From assembly GCF_009914755.1 (NCBI RefSeq), contig NC_060935.1: a DNA stretch of 64,000 nucleotides. One strand, written 5' to 3'. Both the position numbers and the translations under genes were made by a program. Source of the stretch: the human T2T-CHM13v2.0 reference genome, Homo sapiens. The notes below the pieces were generated by a model, which saw nothing but the letters and a program-made list of their open reading frames with translations, was not told where the DNA came from and ran no database searches. This document shows, piece by piece, positions 24,080 to 52,268 of the stretch. Position 1 is the stretch's first letter, and every line of letters starts with the position of its first letter.

Positions 24080-25429
24080 TAAGGAAGCACAGTGAACTTC
24101 AAGAAAACACAGAGAATCAGTTCAGAAATTTACCAGAAAAATTTAACAAGGAGATTGAAATAATTAAAAAAAAAAAAAAAATCAAAGAAATCCTGGAATT
24201 GAAAAATATAATGAATGAAATGAAAAAGTCAACAGAGAGTATCAACAGCAGAATTAATCAAACAGAGGAATCAGTGAGCTCAAAGATTATATGAAAATAT
24301 ACAGTCAGAGGAGAAAAAAGGAAGAAGAATGAAAAGGAATAAAAGCTTGCAGGATCTATGGGACAACATCAAAAAAGAAAATATTAGGGTTGCTAAAGTT
24401 AAAGAGGGATATGAGAAAGACAAAAGGGGTAGAAAGCTTATTCAAAGAATAACAGAAAACTTTCCAAATCTGGAGACTGGGTGGGTGTGCACGTACCCCA
24501 CCATGCCATTACTGCCAGCATAAGCACACCCACTTCCACTGCCACTGCCAGCATGAACATTAAGCATGGACACCAGTGGCCCTGCACCCTGGCCCATCCA
24601 AAGGATGGCACCTTCAAAGATTGAAGGAATACCAGCCCACACAGATGAGAAAGAACCAGACAACAACTCTGGCAAATCAAAAAGCCAGAGTGTCTTTTTA
24701 CCTCCAAATGACCACACTAGTTCTCCAGCAATGGTTCTTAAACAGGTTGAAATGACAGAAATGGAATTCAGAATATGGATGGGAATGGAGATCACTGACA
24801 TTCAGGAGAAAGTTGAAACCCAATACAAGGAATCTAAGGAATAAATAAAATAATATGGGAGATGAAAGATGAAATGGCCATGTTAAGAAAGAAGCAAAGT
24901 GAGCTGATACAGCTGAAAAGCTCACTTTAAGAATTTCAGAATACAACTGCAATGTTAACAGCAGAATCAACCAAGCTGAGGAAAGACTCAGAGCTGAAAG
25001 ACTGGCTCTTCAAAATAACTCAGTCAGACCAAAATAAAAAAATAGTAAGGAAGAATGAGCAAAACCTCTGAGAAATATGGGATTATGTAAAGAGACCAAA
25101 AATATGACTCATTGGTATCCCTGAAATGCAAGGAGAGAAAGCAAGCAATTTGGAAAACACATTTCAGGTTATCATGCATGACAATTTCCCCAACTTTGCT
25201 ATAGAGGCCAACATTCAAATTCAGGAAATGCAGAGAACCCCTGTGAAATACTACACAAGAAGACCATCCCCAAGAAACATAGTAATTGGATTCTCCAAGG
25301 TCAAAATGATAGAAATGTTAAAGGCAGCTAGAGAGAAAGGACAGGTCACCTACAAAAAAAAACCCATCAACTAACAAACAGCAGACCTTTCAGCACAAAC
25401 CAGAGGAGAATGGGGGCCTATAGTCAATC

Positions 25430-25734
<305 letters not shown>

Positions 25735-27501
25735 CAACATTCTTAAAGAAAAGAATTTCCAACCAAGAATTTCATATCCAGCCAAGCTAAGCTTTGTAAG
25801 TGAAGGAGAAATAAGATCCTTTTCAGACATGCAAATGCTAAGGGATTTCATTACTATCCGACCAGATATGCCTTACAAGAGGTCTTGAAGGGAGTGCTAA
25901 ACTTGGAAAGAAAAGACTGTTACCGGCCACTACAAAAACACACTTAAGTAAATAGACCATTAACACTATAAAGCAACCACATGAACAAGTCTGCATAATA
26001 ATGAACAAATCCTCACATATCAATATTAACTTTGAATATAAATGAGCTAAATGGCACAGAGTGATCAGTTGAATAAAGAAGCAAGACCTGATGGTATGCT
26101 GTCTTCAAGAGACCCATCTCACATGTGATGACACCCATAGGCTGAAAGCAAACGGATGGAGAAAAATCTACCAAGCAAATGGAAAAGAGAAAAAAAGCAG
26201 GGGTTGTTGAAATTATTCTCAACTCAGACAAAACAGACATTAAACCAACAAAGATTAAAAAAAAAAAGACAAAGAAGGATATTATATAATGGTAAAGAGC
26301 TCAATTCAACAAGAACTATCCTAAATATATATGCATCCAACAGAGGAGACCCAGATTCAAAAAGCAAGTTGCTTTTAGAGACATATAAAGAGACTTGGAT
26401 AAACATACGATAATTGTGCAGGACATGAATACCCCAATAATAATATTAGATCATTGAGGCAGAAAACTGACAAAGATATTAATGACCTGAACTCAATACT
26501 TGACCATATGGACCCAATTGACATCTACAGAACACTCCACCCCAAAACAACAGAATATACATTCTTCTCAGCTGCACATGGCACATATTCTAAAGTCAAC
26601 CACACAATCAGATATAGAACAATCCTCAGTACAATTTAAAAAAAAAATGAAATCATACTAACCACACTCTTGGAGCACAGCACCATAAAATAGAAATACT
26701 AAGAAAATTGCTCAAAACCATATAATTACATTGAAATAAACCTGCTCCTGAATGACTTTTGGGTAAATAATGAAATTAAGGGAGAAATCAAGATATTCTT
26801 TGAAACTAAAGGAGAACAAAGAGGCAACATACTGATACAGGAGGTAGAAAGAAATTATTTAGGCAGATAGGGTAAAAGAGTCCTCAGCAAAGCTTCCCTT
26901 TTAGCAAGAAGCAGCCCAAGAAATTATTTTTTTCTAACAAAGAGCAGCCTGAAAAACTGAGCTGAAAACATAGATAAGCAAGCTGGAAGTTTGCATGGGG
27001 GAATGCCAGCAGTTGTGCCAATAGAAAAGGGCTACCTGGGAGCCAGGCATGTCCAACATGGAGGCTCCATCTTTTCTTTTTTTGTTAATATGTGTACAGT
27101 AAAGGGATGGGCAACATGGTGCAGGCCAGGCAGAGGACCTGCCTGCATATTAGAAGATTAGTATGGGGGCGACCATTTTTTTGTGCCCTATGCAAATGAC
27201 AAACCTAGTTCTAATGAGTTTTTCATACCCTATGCAGATGGCACACCTGGTCCAACCAATCTTTCACACCCTATGTAAATCAGATACTGCCTCCTCATCA
27301 GGCACCTATAAGAGCCCCTGCATTTAACCACAGATCTGACAAGCCATTTCTCTGGGATCCCCCTCTCCAGCAGAAAGCTATTCTCTTTCACCTATTAAAC
27401 TTCCACTCTTAACCTCACTCTTTGTGTGCCCAGGTTCTTGATTTCCTCAGCCATGAGACAACAAACCTCGGGTATCACCCCCAACAATGAGGCCACTTCA
27501 T

Positions 27502-27520
27502 TGTGGGGCCCATCTGGGAT
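27502..27520 (+). promoter_or_regulatory. Primer binding site, tRNA-Pro-like
   Basis: tgtggggcccatctgggat immediately after the 5' LTR, compared with the canonical TGGGGGCTCGTCCGGGAT. Confidence 0.75.
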
Positions 27521-28899
27521 CCAAGGTAGATTCATCAGAAGGGTGAGTATAGGAGCAGACCCCAAATCTTTACTTTCATTTTGGGGCCTTCTGCCCTCCA
27601 TTTTAAAATAAAACCAAAAACATTCGGTGTCTGATGGCCACCTAGATGCCCTTAGGGAATGCCACCCATCTCAAGACTTAGACGACAGGCTTGCTCGGGA
27701 GAACTTAGTGAATCCCTCGGTACCCTCAGGGTGCTGGGAATGTTGACTGTGTTTCAAACCAGTTTCCTTTCATGGAGAGCCTAGCTATTGCATGGGGCTG
27801 GAAGAGGTCCAGAGGCAACTGATAGTTCCTGGCCAGGGCTACACCCAGGTGTTACCCGAAGGCTTCTGGATTAACCTCAGACTCTGACTGCCCACTGAGC
27901 ATCAGTAACAGGATCTCCAAGCTTTTCCTATTGCATTTTTCCTTCTTTCCTGTCGACTGCCATGTCTCCTATCCCCTCTCTGTATGAAATGCTGTGGGAA
28001 TTTTTACACTTCAGGGAAATAATCCTGTTAGATAGCATCAGCAAATGCCATAGTAACCAGGAATATAATGCAAAGGATTGCCATTTTTGTGATTTTCTAG
28101 GAATAGAAAGGATCTCCCTTTCCCCGGCAGTGAGCATCTCTCTCCCCGCTTGCTCTGGAGATCACATGGTATTTCAAGGTCTACAGCACCACCTAGTGGA
28201 ATAGAAATCCTCTCCATGAGGTACCTTGTCAGCCCTTTGCCTAAACACTCTAGTTTTCCAATTCTCCTCCCCTTTTGTACTCCTCTACTAGAGGCCAGGC
28301 TTTATGCTCCTTCTGTGAATGGGAAAACTCAACAATGAGGAGGAAAATGCCCTCCAAAACCAAATTTTAGTTTTGATATTGTCCCATCAGCAGGAAAACC
28401 ACCATTCAGTTCCTACATTCTTTTAAGGCACCTATTCTGCCTCTCATTAAAATGGTACTTAAATAGTAAGGGGATGTAATGTCTTAAAGCTAACCAGAAC
28501 CACTGCCTAACAATAAATATTTTAGTCCAGGCCATAATAGCAGTATAGAGCTCAACCCAGTACACTCTCTCCATTAAAGGGCCTTGCAAATACAACTGTT
28601 ACATAGTCTTTCCCAAGAGCCATCTATCAGGTAGCCACATAGATCACAGAAGTTAGGAAGTCAAAGGGAAATCACCAGTGGAGGATTAGAGTTGCATGGG
28701 TGAGTGTGACTAAATCCATCACTTAGCTTCTCTAGATCCATGCCTGAGGGACATGCCTGCATCCAAGAGTAGCACCTTTTAACAGATGCCGAGGCTCAGG
28801 GAACCAAGAAGGGAAAACAGTTGGGGGATGCTCCCATTGTCTTCCTGTCTACCTTGGGCCATTCTAAAGGAAGGAGGGGAATAAGGGACTCCTTGTCTC

Positions 28900-30200
28900 C
28901 CCTAGCTTTCTAGCCATCTTTAGCCTGCACCCCGCTCAAGTGCATTCTGAAGCACTGAGACTCCTTTAATCCTGAAACTGCTTTTGCACAAGGGCATGGC
29001 CTTCTTACTAGACCTTTGCATGCACTGGACAATCAACCAAGCTCTTTTAGCAGTCATATCAGGCAATCCAAAAGGTAATGATTCCCCAAAACTAAAAAAG
29101 CAACTTCAGGCAGCTATTGAGTGTCCCGGCTCTTCCTGTCCCCCTTATTTAGGGCCCCCTCCAACTGTGCCATCAGCTCCTCTAGTTCCACTATCTCCAA
29201 AATTCCCCACTCCCCCAGCTTCACTCTTACCCCTGCAGGAAATGACCAATGGAGGTGATGCCACTAGGGTTCAAGTTCCTGTCTCATTGCATGACCTTAG
29301 GCAAATAAAGGGATACTTAGGCTGATTTTCTGATGACTCCGATAGGTATAAAGAAGCTTTCCAAAATTTAACTCAGGTGTTTGACCTCTCATGGAGAGAT
29401 GTTATGCTGCTCCTAAGCCAAACCCTAACCGCAGCTGAAAAGCAGGCAGCTCTGCATGCATCAGAGAAATTTGGAGACAAGCAGTATGTTTCTTACAGTA
29501 GGCCAAAAAGGAAAAGAGAAAATAGGGAAGGTGAAGAGATAGGGGAACCATCATTCCCAGTAGAGAAGAGAGGCAGTACCTCTTGACAACCCTGATTTGG
29601 AACCCTGATGACTCCACAAATGAATGGAAAAGGAAACACTTATTAATGTGCATATTGGAGGGCCTATAAAGAACTAGGAGAGCCAAACCTCTTCATTACT
29701 CTAAACTGTCCAAGATAAACCAAAAGCCAGATGAGAATCCTGCAGCCTTTATGGAAAGGCTGAGAGAAGCACTAATAAAACACACCTCCTTATCCCCTAC
29801 TCAGTCAAGGGACAGCTAACCCTCAAGGACAAGTTTATTATACTGGCAGCTCCCAATATTAGAAGGAAACTGTAGAAGCAGGCTATAGGACCAGATAGCA
29901 CCTTGAAAAACCACTTGAGGGTGGTTACCTTGGTCTTTCATAATAGGGACCAGAAGGCGGCCCTGGAGAAAGAGAGGAAACGCGAGAGAAGGCAGAGGCT
30001 CTAGTAGCTGCTTTGCAAACTTGCAAAGTCCAGGATCCCCAAGGTGTATCCATTAGTTGCTACCAGTGTGGCAAGTCAGGGCACTTTAAGAAGGAGTGCC
30101 CAGGCAGCAAGTAGAAGCCACCCCAACCATGTCCAGCCAGTGGTTGGGACCACTGGAGATCAGACTGCCCCTGGAGATGGAGGTCACTGGGTTCAGAACC
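28900..30200 (+). pseudogene. ERV gag remnant
   Basis: Capsid-like FDLSWRDVMLLLSQTLT; intact zinc knuckle CYQCGKSGHFKKEC at 30058-30099; multiple stops and frameshifts. Confidence 0.85.
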
Positions 30201-31471
30201 AGTCTCACAGATGGTCCAACAGGACTGTTGGGTCCTGGGGTTCAGACCCCTGGCTCCAGCAGCTGAAACTGTCATTACTGCACAGGAGCCCCAGGTGATT
30301 CTGAAAATTGAAGGAAGGAAGGAAGGTGGACCTTCTTCTAGACATTGGAACCAGCATCCCTCTTCTCCCTAATCCCCTTTTCCCATAGCATGACCATGAT
30401 GGGCATCTCAGGTAAAGTTCTAACCTGATATTTTTCTCAACCCCTTAGTTGTAGTTGGGAGGACCTATTATTTACTCATGCCTTCTTACTCATGCCTGAA
30501 AGTACCACTCCTTCATTAGGCAGAGACATTTTAGCTTGCATGGGGGCCAGCATCCTTATAGCCCCAAGACAAACTCTTTGTTTCCCCCAGGTGGAAGCTA
30601 TTATTAATCCAGAAGTGTGAGCAACTCAAGGAAAAATAGGCCAGTTCAGATCCATCTTAAGGATCCCACTGCTTTTCTTAACCAGAGACAATATCCCCTA
30701 AAGCCAAGGCTAGGAAGGGGCTAGAAGCCATTATTAATAACCTGAAAATGCAGGGCCTCCTCGAACCTTGTAGCAGCCCCTGCAACACCCCAATATTAGG
30801 AGTGCAAAAACCCAATGGAGAATGGAGACTAGATCAGATCCTCCACATCATTAATAAGGCCATAGTTCCAACTCATCCAGTGGTCCCTAATCCCTATACT
30901 TTGCTAACCCAAATACCTGAGGGAACTAAATGGTTCAGTCCTAGATCTAAAGGATGCCTTTTTCTATATAGCGTTACATCCTGACTCTCAATACCTGTTT
31001 GCCTTCGAAGATCCCTCTGGCCAGATGCCCAGTTAACATGGACAGTGCTGCCTCAGGGATTTTGAGACAGTCCCCACTTGTTTGGACAGGTACTGTCAAA
31101 GGACCTCTCTGAGTTTTCCCATCCTCAGGTCAGGGTCTTGCCATATGTAGATGACATACTGTTTTGTGCCCCAACTGAGGAAGCATCTCAGGAAGGCAGT
31201 GAAGCTCTTCTTAATTTCTTAGCCAACAGAAGATATAAGGTTTCAAAATCTAACGTCAAGCTTTGCCAAACCTCAGTGAAGTACCTGGGTGTAGTGTTGT
31301 CTGAAGGGACCAGAGCATTAGGGGAAGAAAGGAGTAAGCCAATTTCCTCCTTCCCCCTCCCTAAAACCTTCAAGCAACTAAGAGGATTTGGGGGCATTAC
31401 AGGATTCTGCAAACTCATCTTGGTATGGTGAGATAGTTTACCCCCTATATCACCTCATAAAAAAAACTCAA

Positions 31472-31793
<322 letters not shown>

Positions 31794-33110
31794 CTAAAAC
31801 TCATTTCCTAACCTGAGAACCTGAAGCTCAAAAGGCCTTTAATCAGTTAAAACAAGCCTTACTTAAGGTACCAGTCCTCAGCCTTCCCATAGGGAGGGTC
31901 TTCAATCTTTTGTATCAGAAAGGAAGGGAATGGCCCTGGGAGTTTTAACTCAAGCCCGAGGACCAGCTCAACAGCCAGTGGGCTCCCTAAGTAAGGAACT
32001 TGATTTGGTGGCTAAAGAATGGCTATCATGCCTCTGAGCCATTGCCAAAGTGGCCCTACTGATACCAGAGGCCACCAAATTAACCCTGGGAAATAGCTTA
32101 ACTGTTTATACCCCACATAATGTAGCACGATTGCTGTCCTCTAAGGGATGCCCTTGGCTAACAGAAAGCTGACTCCCTAAATATCAGGCTCTGATATTAG
32201 AAGGGTCTACAATCCAGTTAAAAACTTGCTCTTGCCTAAACTCAGCCACTTTCCTCCCCAAGGAAACTGAGGAACCTGAACATGACTGTGAACAAGTTGT
32301 GGTACAGACCTATGCAGCCAGGGAAGCTCTCAGGGAAACTTCCCTAGAAAATCCAGATGGGACGCTCTTCACAAATGGAAGTTCCTTTGTGGAACAAGGA
32401 GTCTGTAAGGTGGGATATGCAATGTACACTCTGAATGACATTGAAAGTGCACCCCTCTCCCCAGGCACAAGCATTCAACTAGCTGAACTGATAGCTCTTA
32501 CAAGAACACTTGAATTAAGCAAGGGAAAGGTAGCTAACATTTACACAGAATCCAAGTATGCTTTCTTAGTTCTTTATGCTCATGCTGCCATTTGGGAGGA
32601 AAGACACTTTCCTACTACTAAAGATAACCTATAAAATACCATCAGGAAATTAACAAGTTATTATCCTCAGTTTTCCTTCCACGAGAGGTAGCAGTGATGC
32701 ATTGTAGGACATCAGAAGGGAGCAGATGAAGTAGCCTAAGGAAACAAGTTAGCTGATGAGGCAGCCAAGTCAGCAGCAAGTCAGCCTCAGGGCCTCAATG
32801 CACCTGAAGCCCCCTCTAATCTGGGAAGGCTCCATAAGAGAAATTAAGTCTCAGTACTCCCCTGCAGAGGCAGAGTGGGCCACTTCTCAAGGGTATACTT
32901 TTCAGCTCTCAGGATGGCTACAGTAAGAGGACGGCAAACTCCACTTGCCAGCCTCCCGCCAGTGGAAAGTCCTTAAGATCCTTCATCAAGCTTTTCACTT
33001 GGGAAAGGATAAAACTTATCAGTGTGCCCAGAGATTTTTCAGGAGAGAACTTAATAACAGTCAAGCAGCTTGTTAGTGCTTGTGAAGTCTGTCTTAAAAA
33101 TAATCCCTTT

Positions 33111-33392
33111 GGCTGGGCACGGTGGCTCACACCTGTAATCCCAGCACTTTGGCGGGTGGATCACTTGACATCAGGAGTTCGAGACCAGCCTGGCCAACAT
33201 TGCAAAACCCCATCTCTACTAATAATACAAAGAAATTAACCAGATGTGGTGGTGCACGCCTGTAATCCCGGTTACTTGGGAGGCTGAGGCACGATAATTG
33301 CTTTAACACAGGAGGTGGAGGTTGCAGTGAGCTGAGATCACACCACTACACTGAAGCCTGAGCAACAGAGTGAAACTGTGTCTCAAAATAAT
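33111..33392 (+). mobile_element. AluS in ERV integrase
   Basis: Dimeric Alu with a small deletion; TSD AATAATCCC. Confidence 0.92.
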
Positions 33393-34969
33393 AATAATCC
33401 CCTTAACAGGCATCTCCTTCCTCCTCAAACCTAAAGGATGGGAAGCCATCCAGGGAAGGACTGGCAGATAGACTTCACCCACGTGCCAAAGAAGAAGGAC
33501 ATCCAATACATCCTGGTATGGGTAGATACTTTCACTAACTGGATAGAAGCATTTCCATGCTGTACAGAAAAGGCCTCCAAGGTAATAAAAGTGTTTGTTA
33601 CTTAATGAAATAACTCCCCACTTTAGTCTACCTAAGTGCCTTCAAGGTCACAATGGCCCCTTGCTTAAGACAGCTGTCACATAAGGGGTCACAAAGGCAC
33701 TAGGCATACAGTATCATCTCCATTGTGCTTGGAGACCCCAGTCCTCAGGAAAGGTAGAGAAGACAAACGATATTATCAAAAGACATCTCAGAAAACTGTT
33801 CCAAGAAACTAACCTTCCTTGGGTCACTCTTCTTCCCATGGCTTTACTGTGGGTAAGAAATACCCCTTCAAAGTTAGGTCTGACCCCGTTTTAAATGCTG
33901 TATTAACAGCCTTTCCTTACAAGTGACTTTCTATTAGACCAAGACACCTCTAAATTGGTTAAGCATGTAACCTCCCTAGCTCACTTCCAACAGGAATTAA
34001 CACAACTAGCAGAAGCCCAACCCCCCAAAATAGGACCATCATTATTTAACCCAGGATATGTGGTATTAATAAAGACTCTGCCCTCTGTCTCCCTACCTAA
34101 GCCCAAGTTAGGAAGGGCCCTACACTGTTCTTTCAACCCCTCAGCGATAAAAGTCACAGGAATGGACTCCTGGATGCATCACTCAAGTCAAAGCCTGGAA
34201 ACCTGAGAGAGAGAGCAACCCCAGACAGCCCAGAGGAATGTCCTGGATATCCATGTGAAGAAATAGGAGATCTTAAGCTGAAAATCATAAAAGATAAGTA
34301 AATGAGTAAGGGCTATTCATCCTACTCAGTCCCACTCCTACCTTATCAGATACTTTCAGTTATTTCTACTTTTCCTCTCGAGATTCGCTGTGAGATACTA
34401 GAACTTCTTTTTGATGCATACTTGTGGGAAGATTTTGATTATCCATGAGATTACAGTTGTAACTTCATAGACTCCCAAAGGGAAATTCTTGGTGAGTAAA
34501 ATTTAAGATGGAAATTATCTACTACACCACCCTTGTGTAAATTGTTATACTTACTCTGCTATTTGCAGTAGGACTATATACTGTGGTACCTGCAATGTAG
34601 AATTCTGGATGGAATATTCTAATTGCTGTAATATTCTGCCTAATTTTTACAACAGGATTAATAATTACAGGAAAGATTTAGCCAAGGTTAACACTAAAGT
34701 TACTCTAGCCACCCAATAATGTGTTCCTCCCAATCACATCACAAGTCATAAAAGATAGCCCAGGCCTACAATTATCTTCTAATGGCAAGTCAAGGGGGAA
34801 TATATGTTTTTTTTCAAAGAAAAATGTTGCTTTTATATTACACTTCTGGTAAAGTACAGCGACATCTGGTGGAGGCAACTAGTATTACAACCCATCAAAT
34901 GGCTATCAGGTATCAAACTCTACTGTCATGGTTATAGCCTATAGTACTCCCACTAATAATGGGATTCTT

Positions 34970-41047
<6,078 letters not shown>

Positions 41048-41430
41048 AGCGGGATTCTTAATATTCATATTCAAACCCTATATTCTAAACCTTCTTGTAA
41101 AATTTATCTCTTCTTGCCTAGAAGCTATTAAACTCCAAATGGTGCTGCAGATGGAACCACACATGGACATGCCTTTCTTCCAAGAACCTTTAGATCAACT
41201 CCAGAAGGAGCCTTAGCTGCTGTTCCCCACATGATGCCCCTCTTCAGCAGGAAGTAGCCAGAAAGAGTTGTCCTCCAATACCCCTACCAGCTGTAGTGTT
41301 TCCACTCCTCAGGGGGGAAATATGATACAGGGGGTAGAAAGAAATTATTAAGGCAGATAGTGAGGGTAAAAGAGTCCTCAGCAGAGCTTCCCTTTTAACA
41401 AAACGCAGTACAAGAAATTATTTTTTTCCA

Positions 41431-41684
41431 GCCAGGCACGGTAGCTTATGCCTGTAATCGCAGCACTTTGGGAGGCTGAGGCAGGCAGATCATTTGAGGT
41501 CAGGAGTTTGAGACCAGCCTGGGCTAACATGGTGAAACCCCATCTTTACTAAAAATACAAAAATTAGCTAGGTGTGTTGGGGCACACCTGTAATTCCAGC
41601 TACTCAGGGGGCTGAGGCAGGAGAATCACTTGAACCCACTGCACTCCATCCTGGGTGACAAAGCATTACTCTGTCTCAAAAAAA
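41431..41684 (+). mobile_element. AluS with right-arm deletion, inserted in the 3' LTR
   Basis: TSD AAATTATTTTTTTCCA; absent from the 5' LTR. Confidence 0.92.
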
Positions 41685-42386
41685 AAATTATTTTTTTCCA
41701 ACAAAGAGAAGCCTGAAAAATCAAGCTGCAAACATAGATAAGCGAGCTGGAATCTTGCACAGGGGAATGTCAGCAGCTGTGTCAATAGAAAAGGGCTACC
41801 TGTGGGCCAGGCATGTCCAACATAGAGGCTCCATCTTCCCTTTTTTTGTTTGTTACCACATGTACAGTAAAGGAATGGGCAGTGTGGCACAGGCCAGGCA
41901 GAGGACCCACCTGCATAATAAAATTTGGTTAGGGGTGACCAGCTTTTCATACCCTATGCAAATGGCACAGCTATTCCTAACCAGTTTTTAGTGTCTATGC
42001 ACACCTGGTCTAATCAATCTTTTGCACCCTATGTAAATCAGAAACTGCCTCCTCACCAGGCACCTATAAAAACCCCTGCATTTCACTGCAGATCCAGCAA
42101 CTTATTTCTCTAGGACCCCTCTCTCTAGCAGGGAGCTATTCTTTCTTTCACCTATTAAACTTACGCTCTCTTAAACTCACTCTTTGTGTGTCCATATCCT
42201 TTATTTCCTTGGCCATGAGACAATGAACCTTAGGTATCACCCTAGACAACAGGGCTGCTTCAATACCAGAATCTCTGGGACACAGCTAAGGTAGTGTTAA
42301 GAGGGAAATTTATAGCATTAAATACCCACATCAAAAAGTTAGAAAGATCTCAAATTAACAACCTAATATCACAACTAGAGAAACTA

Positions 42387-42849
<463 letters not shown>

Positions 42850-44949
42850 CTAGATTAATAAAAGAAAGACAGAAGATACAAATAAAAACAATTAGATATG
42901 ACAAAGGGGATGTTACCACTGACCCCACAGAATTACAAAAAACATCAGAGACTACTACGAACATACGAGGTATAAAACCTAGAAGAAATGGATAAATCCA
43001 TGGACACATACAACCACCCAAGACTGAACCAGGAAGAAACTGAATCCCTGAATAGACCAATAACAAGTTCTGAAACTGAATCAGTAATAAAAAGCCTGCC
43101 AACCAAAAAAAGCCCAGGACAAGACAGAGTCATAGCCAAATTCTATCAGGTGTATAAAGAACTGGTACCATTCCTATTGAAACTATTCCAAAAATTGAGG
43201 AAGGACTCCTCCCTAACTCATTCTTTGAGGCCAGCATCATCCTGATACCAAAACCCACCAGAGACACAACAACAACAACAAAATTTCAGGCCAATATCCT
43301 TGATGAACATAGATGCAAAAATCCTCAAAAAAATACTGGCAAATCAAATCCAGCAGCACATCAAAAAGTTTATCCACCATGATCAAGTAGGCTTTATTCC
43401 TGGGATGCAAGGTTGGTTCAACATATGCAAATCAATAAATGTGATTTATCACATAAACAGAACTAAAAACAAAAACCACATGATCATCTTAATAAATGCA
43501 GAAAATGCTTTTGATAAAATTCAACATCATTCATGTTTAAACCTCTCAATAAACTAGGCATTTAAGGAATAAACCTTAAAATAATAAGAGCCATCTATGA
43601 GAAACCCATTGCCAACATCATGCTGAATGGGCAAAAGCTGGAAGCATTCCCCTTGAGAACTGGAACAAGACAGGATGCCCACTCTCACCACTCCTATTTG
43701 ATATAGCACTGCAAGTCCTAGCCAGAGCAATCAGGCAGGAGAAAGAAATGAGAGGCCTCCACATAGGAAGAGAGGAAGTCAGACTATCTCTGTTTGCAAA
43801 CAATGTGATTCTACACCTAGGAAACGCCATAGTCTCTGCCCAAAAGCTCCTAGATCTGATAAACAACTTCAGCAAAGTTTCAGGATACAAAATCAATGTA
43901 CAAAATTCAATAGCATTTTTATACACCAACAACCTCCAAACTGAAAGCCAAATCAAGAACACAATCCTGTCCACAATAGCCACAAAAAGAATAACATACC
44001 TAGGAATACAGCTACGAGGAAGGTGAAAGAGCTCTACAACAAGAGTTATAAAACACGGCTTAAAAAAAAAAATCAGAAATGACACAAACAAATGGAAAAA
44101 CATTCCATGCCCGTGATAGGAGGAATCAATACTGTTAAACTGGCCATATTGCCCAAAGCAATTTATAGATTCAATGCTATTCCTATCAAACTACCAATGC
44201 CATTCTTCACCAAATTAGAAAAAAGTATTTAAAAATTTATAAATAACCTTTAAAAAAAGCCTGAATAGCCAAGGAAGTCCTAAGCAAAAAGAACAGAGCT
44301 GGAGGCATTATGTTACCCAACTTAAAACTATACTACAAGGCTACAGTAACCAAAACAGCATGGTACTGGCACAAGAACAGATACATAGGCCAATGGAACA
44401 GGTTAGAGAGGCCAGAAATAATGCCACACGCCTACAACCATCTGATCTTTGACAAAGTTGATGAACATAAACAACAGGAAAAGATTCCCTATTCAATCAA
44501 TGATGCTGAGATAACTGGCCAGCCATATGCAGAAGATTGAAACTGAACCCCTTCCTTACACCATCTACAAAAACAAACTCAGGATGCATTAAAGACTTAA
44601 ATGTAAAACCTAAAATTATAAAAATTCTGGAAGATAGATAGCCTAGGAAATACACTTCTGGACATAGGACTGGGCAAAGAGTCCATGACAAAGATGCCTA
44701 AAGCAAATGTGACAGAAACAGTAATTGACAAATGAGACCCAATTAAACTAAAGGGCTTTTGCCTAGCAAAGGAAACTATCAACAGAGTAAACAGATAAAG
44801 TATAGAATCAGAGAAAATATTTTCAAACTATGTAACCAACAAAGGTCTACTATCCAGAATCTATAAGGTACTTAAATTTATAAGCAAAAAACCACCCCAT
44901 TAAAAAGTAGGCAAACGACATGAACAGATACTTTTCAAAAGAAGACATA

Positions 44950-51112
<6,163 letters not shown>

Positions 51113-51916
51113 AAAAGGAGACATACATCCTGCCAATAAGCATATGAAAAAATGCTCAACATCACTAATCATTAGAAAAATGCAAATCAAAACCATAATG
51201 AGATATTAATATCATGTACGCCAGTCAGAATTACTGTTATGAAAATGTCAAAAAAACAACAGATGCTGTCAAAGTTGTGGAGTAAAGGGAAGGCTTATAC
51301 ACTGCTGGTGGAAATATAAATTAGTTCAGCCATTGTGGAAAGCAGTTTTGCAACTTCTGAAAGAACTTAAAAACAGAATTACTATTCGATCCAGCAATAC
51401 CACTATTGGGTATATACCCAAAGGGATATAAATCAATCTATTACAAAGATATATGCACATGTATGTTCACCGCAGCACTATTCACAATAACAAAGACATG
51501 GAATCAACCTAAATACCAATCAATGGTAGACTGGATGAAGAAAATGTACATATTTTGGTGTGATACATATACACCATGGAATACTATGTAGCCATAAAAA
51601 AAGAATGAAATCATGTCCTTTGCAGAAACACAGATGAGCTGGAGACCATTATCCTAAGAAAATTAACACAGGAATAGAAAACCAAGTACTGAATGTTCTC
51701 ACTTGTAAGTGGGAGCTAAACATCAAGTACATATTAACACAAAGAAAAGAAAAACAGGCACCAGGATCTACTTGAGGGTAGAGGGTGGGTAAAGGGTGAG
51801 GACTGAAGAACTACCTGTCCAGTACTATTCTTATTACCTGGGTGATGAGATAATCTGTACATCAAACCCCCCATGACATGCAATTTACCTATATAATGAA
51901 CTTGTACATGTACCCC

Positions 51917-52268
51917 ATGTTAGTCCGTTCTCACATTGCTATAAGAACTGCCTGAGACTGAGTAATTTATAAAGAAAATTGACTCACAGTTCTGTATGGC
52001 TTAGGAGGCCTCAGGAAACTTACAATCATGGCAGAAAGCGAGGGGGAGGCAGGCACCTTCTTCACAAGGTGGCAGGTGAGAGAATGAATGAAGAAGAAAC
52101 TTGCCAAACACTTAACATAACTATCAGATCTAATGAGAACTCACTATCATGAGAACAACATGGGGAGAACTGCCACCATGATCCAATGACTTCCCACTGG
52201 GTGGGGATTATGGGGATTACAATTAATTCAAGATGAGATTTGAGTGGAGACACAGCCAAACCATATCA
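51917..52268 (-). mobile_element. THE1D/MSTA-like MaLR solo LTR in the 3' UTR of the host L1
   Basis: ttagtccgttctcacattgct...gaggcctcaggaaacttacaatcatggcagaa...gacacagccaaaccatatca; TSD ACCC(C/T). Confidence 0.88.
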
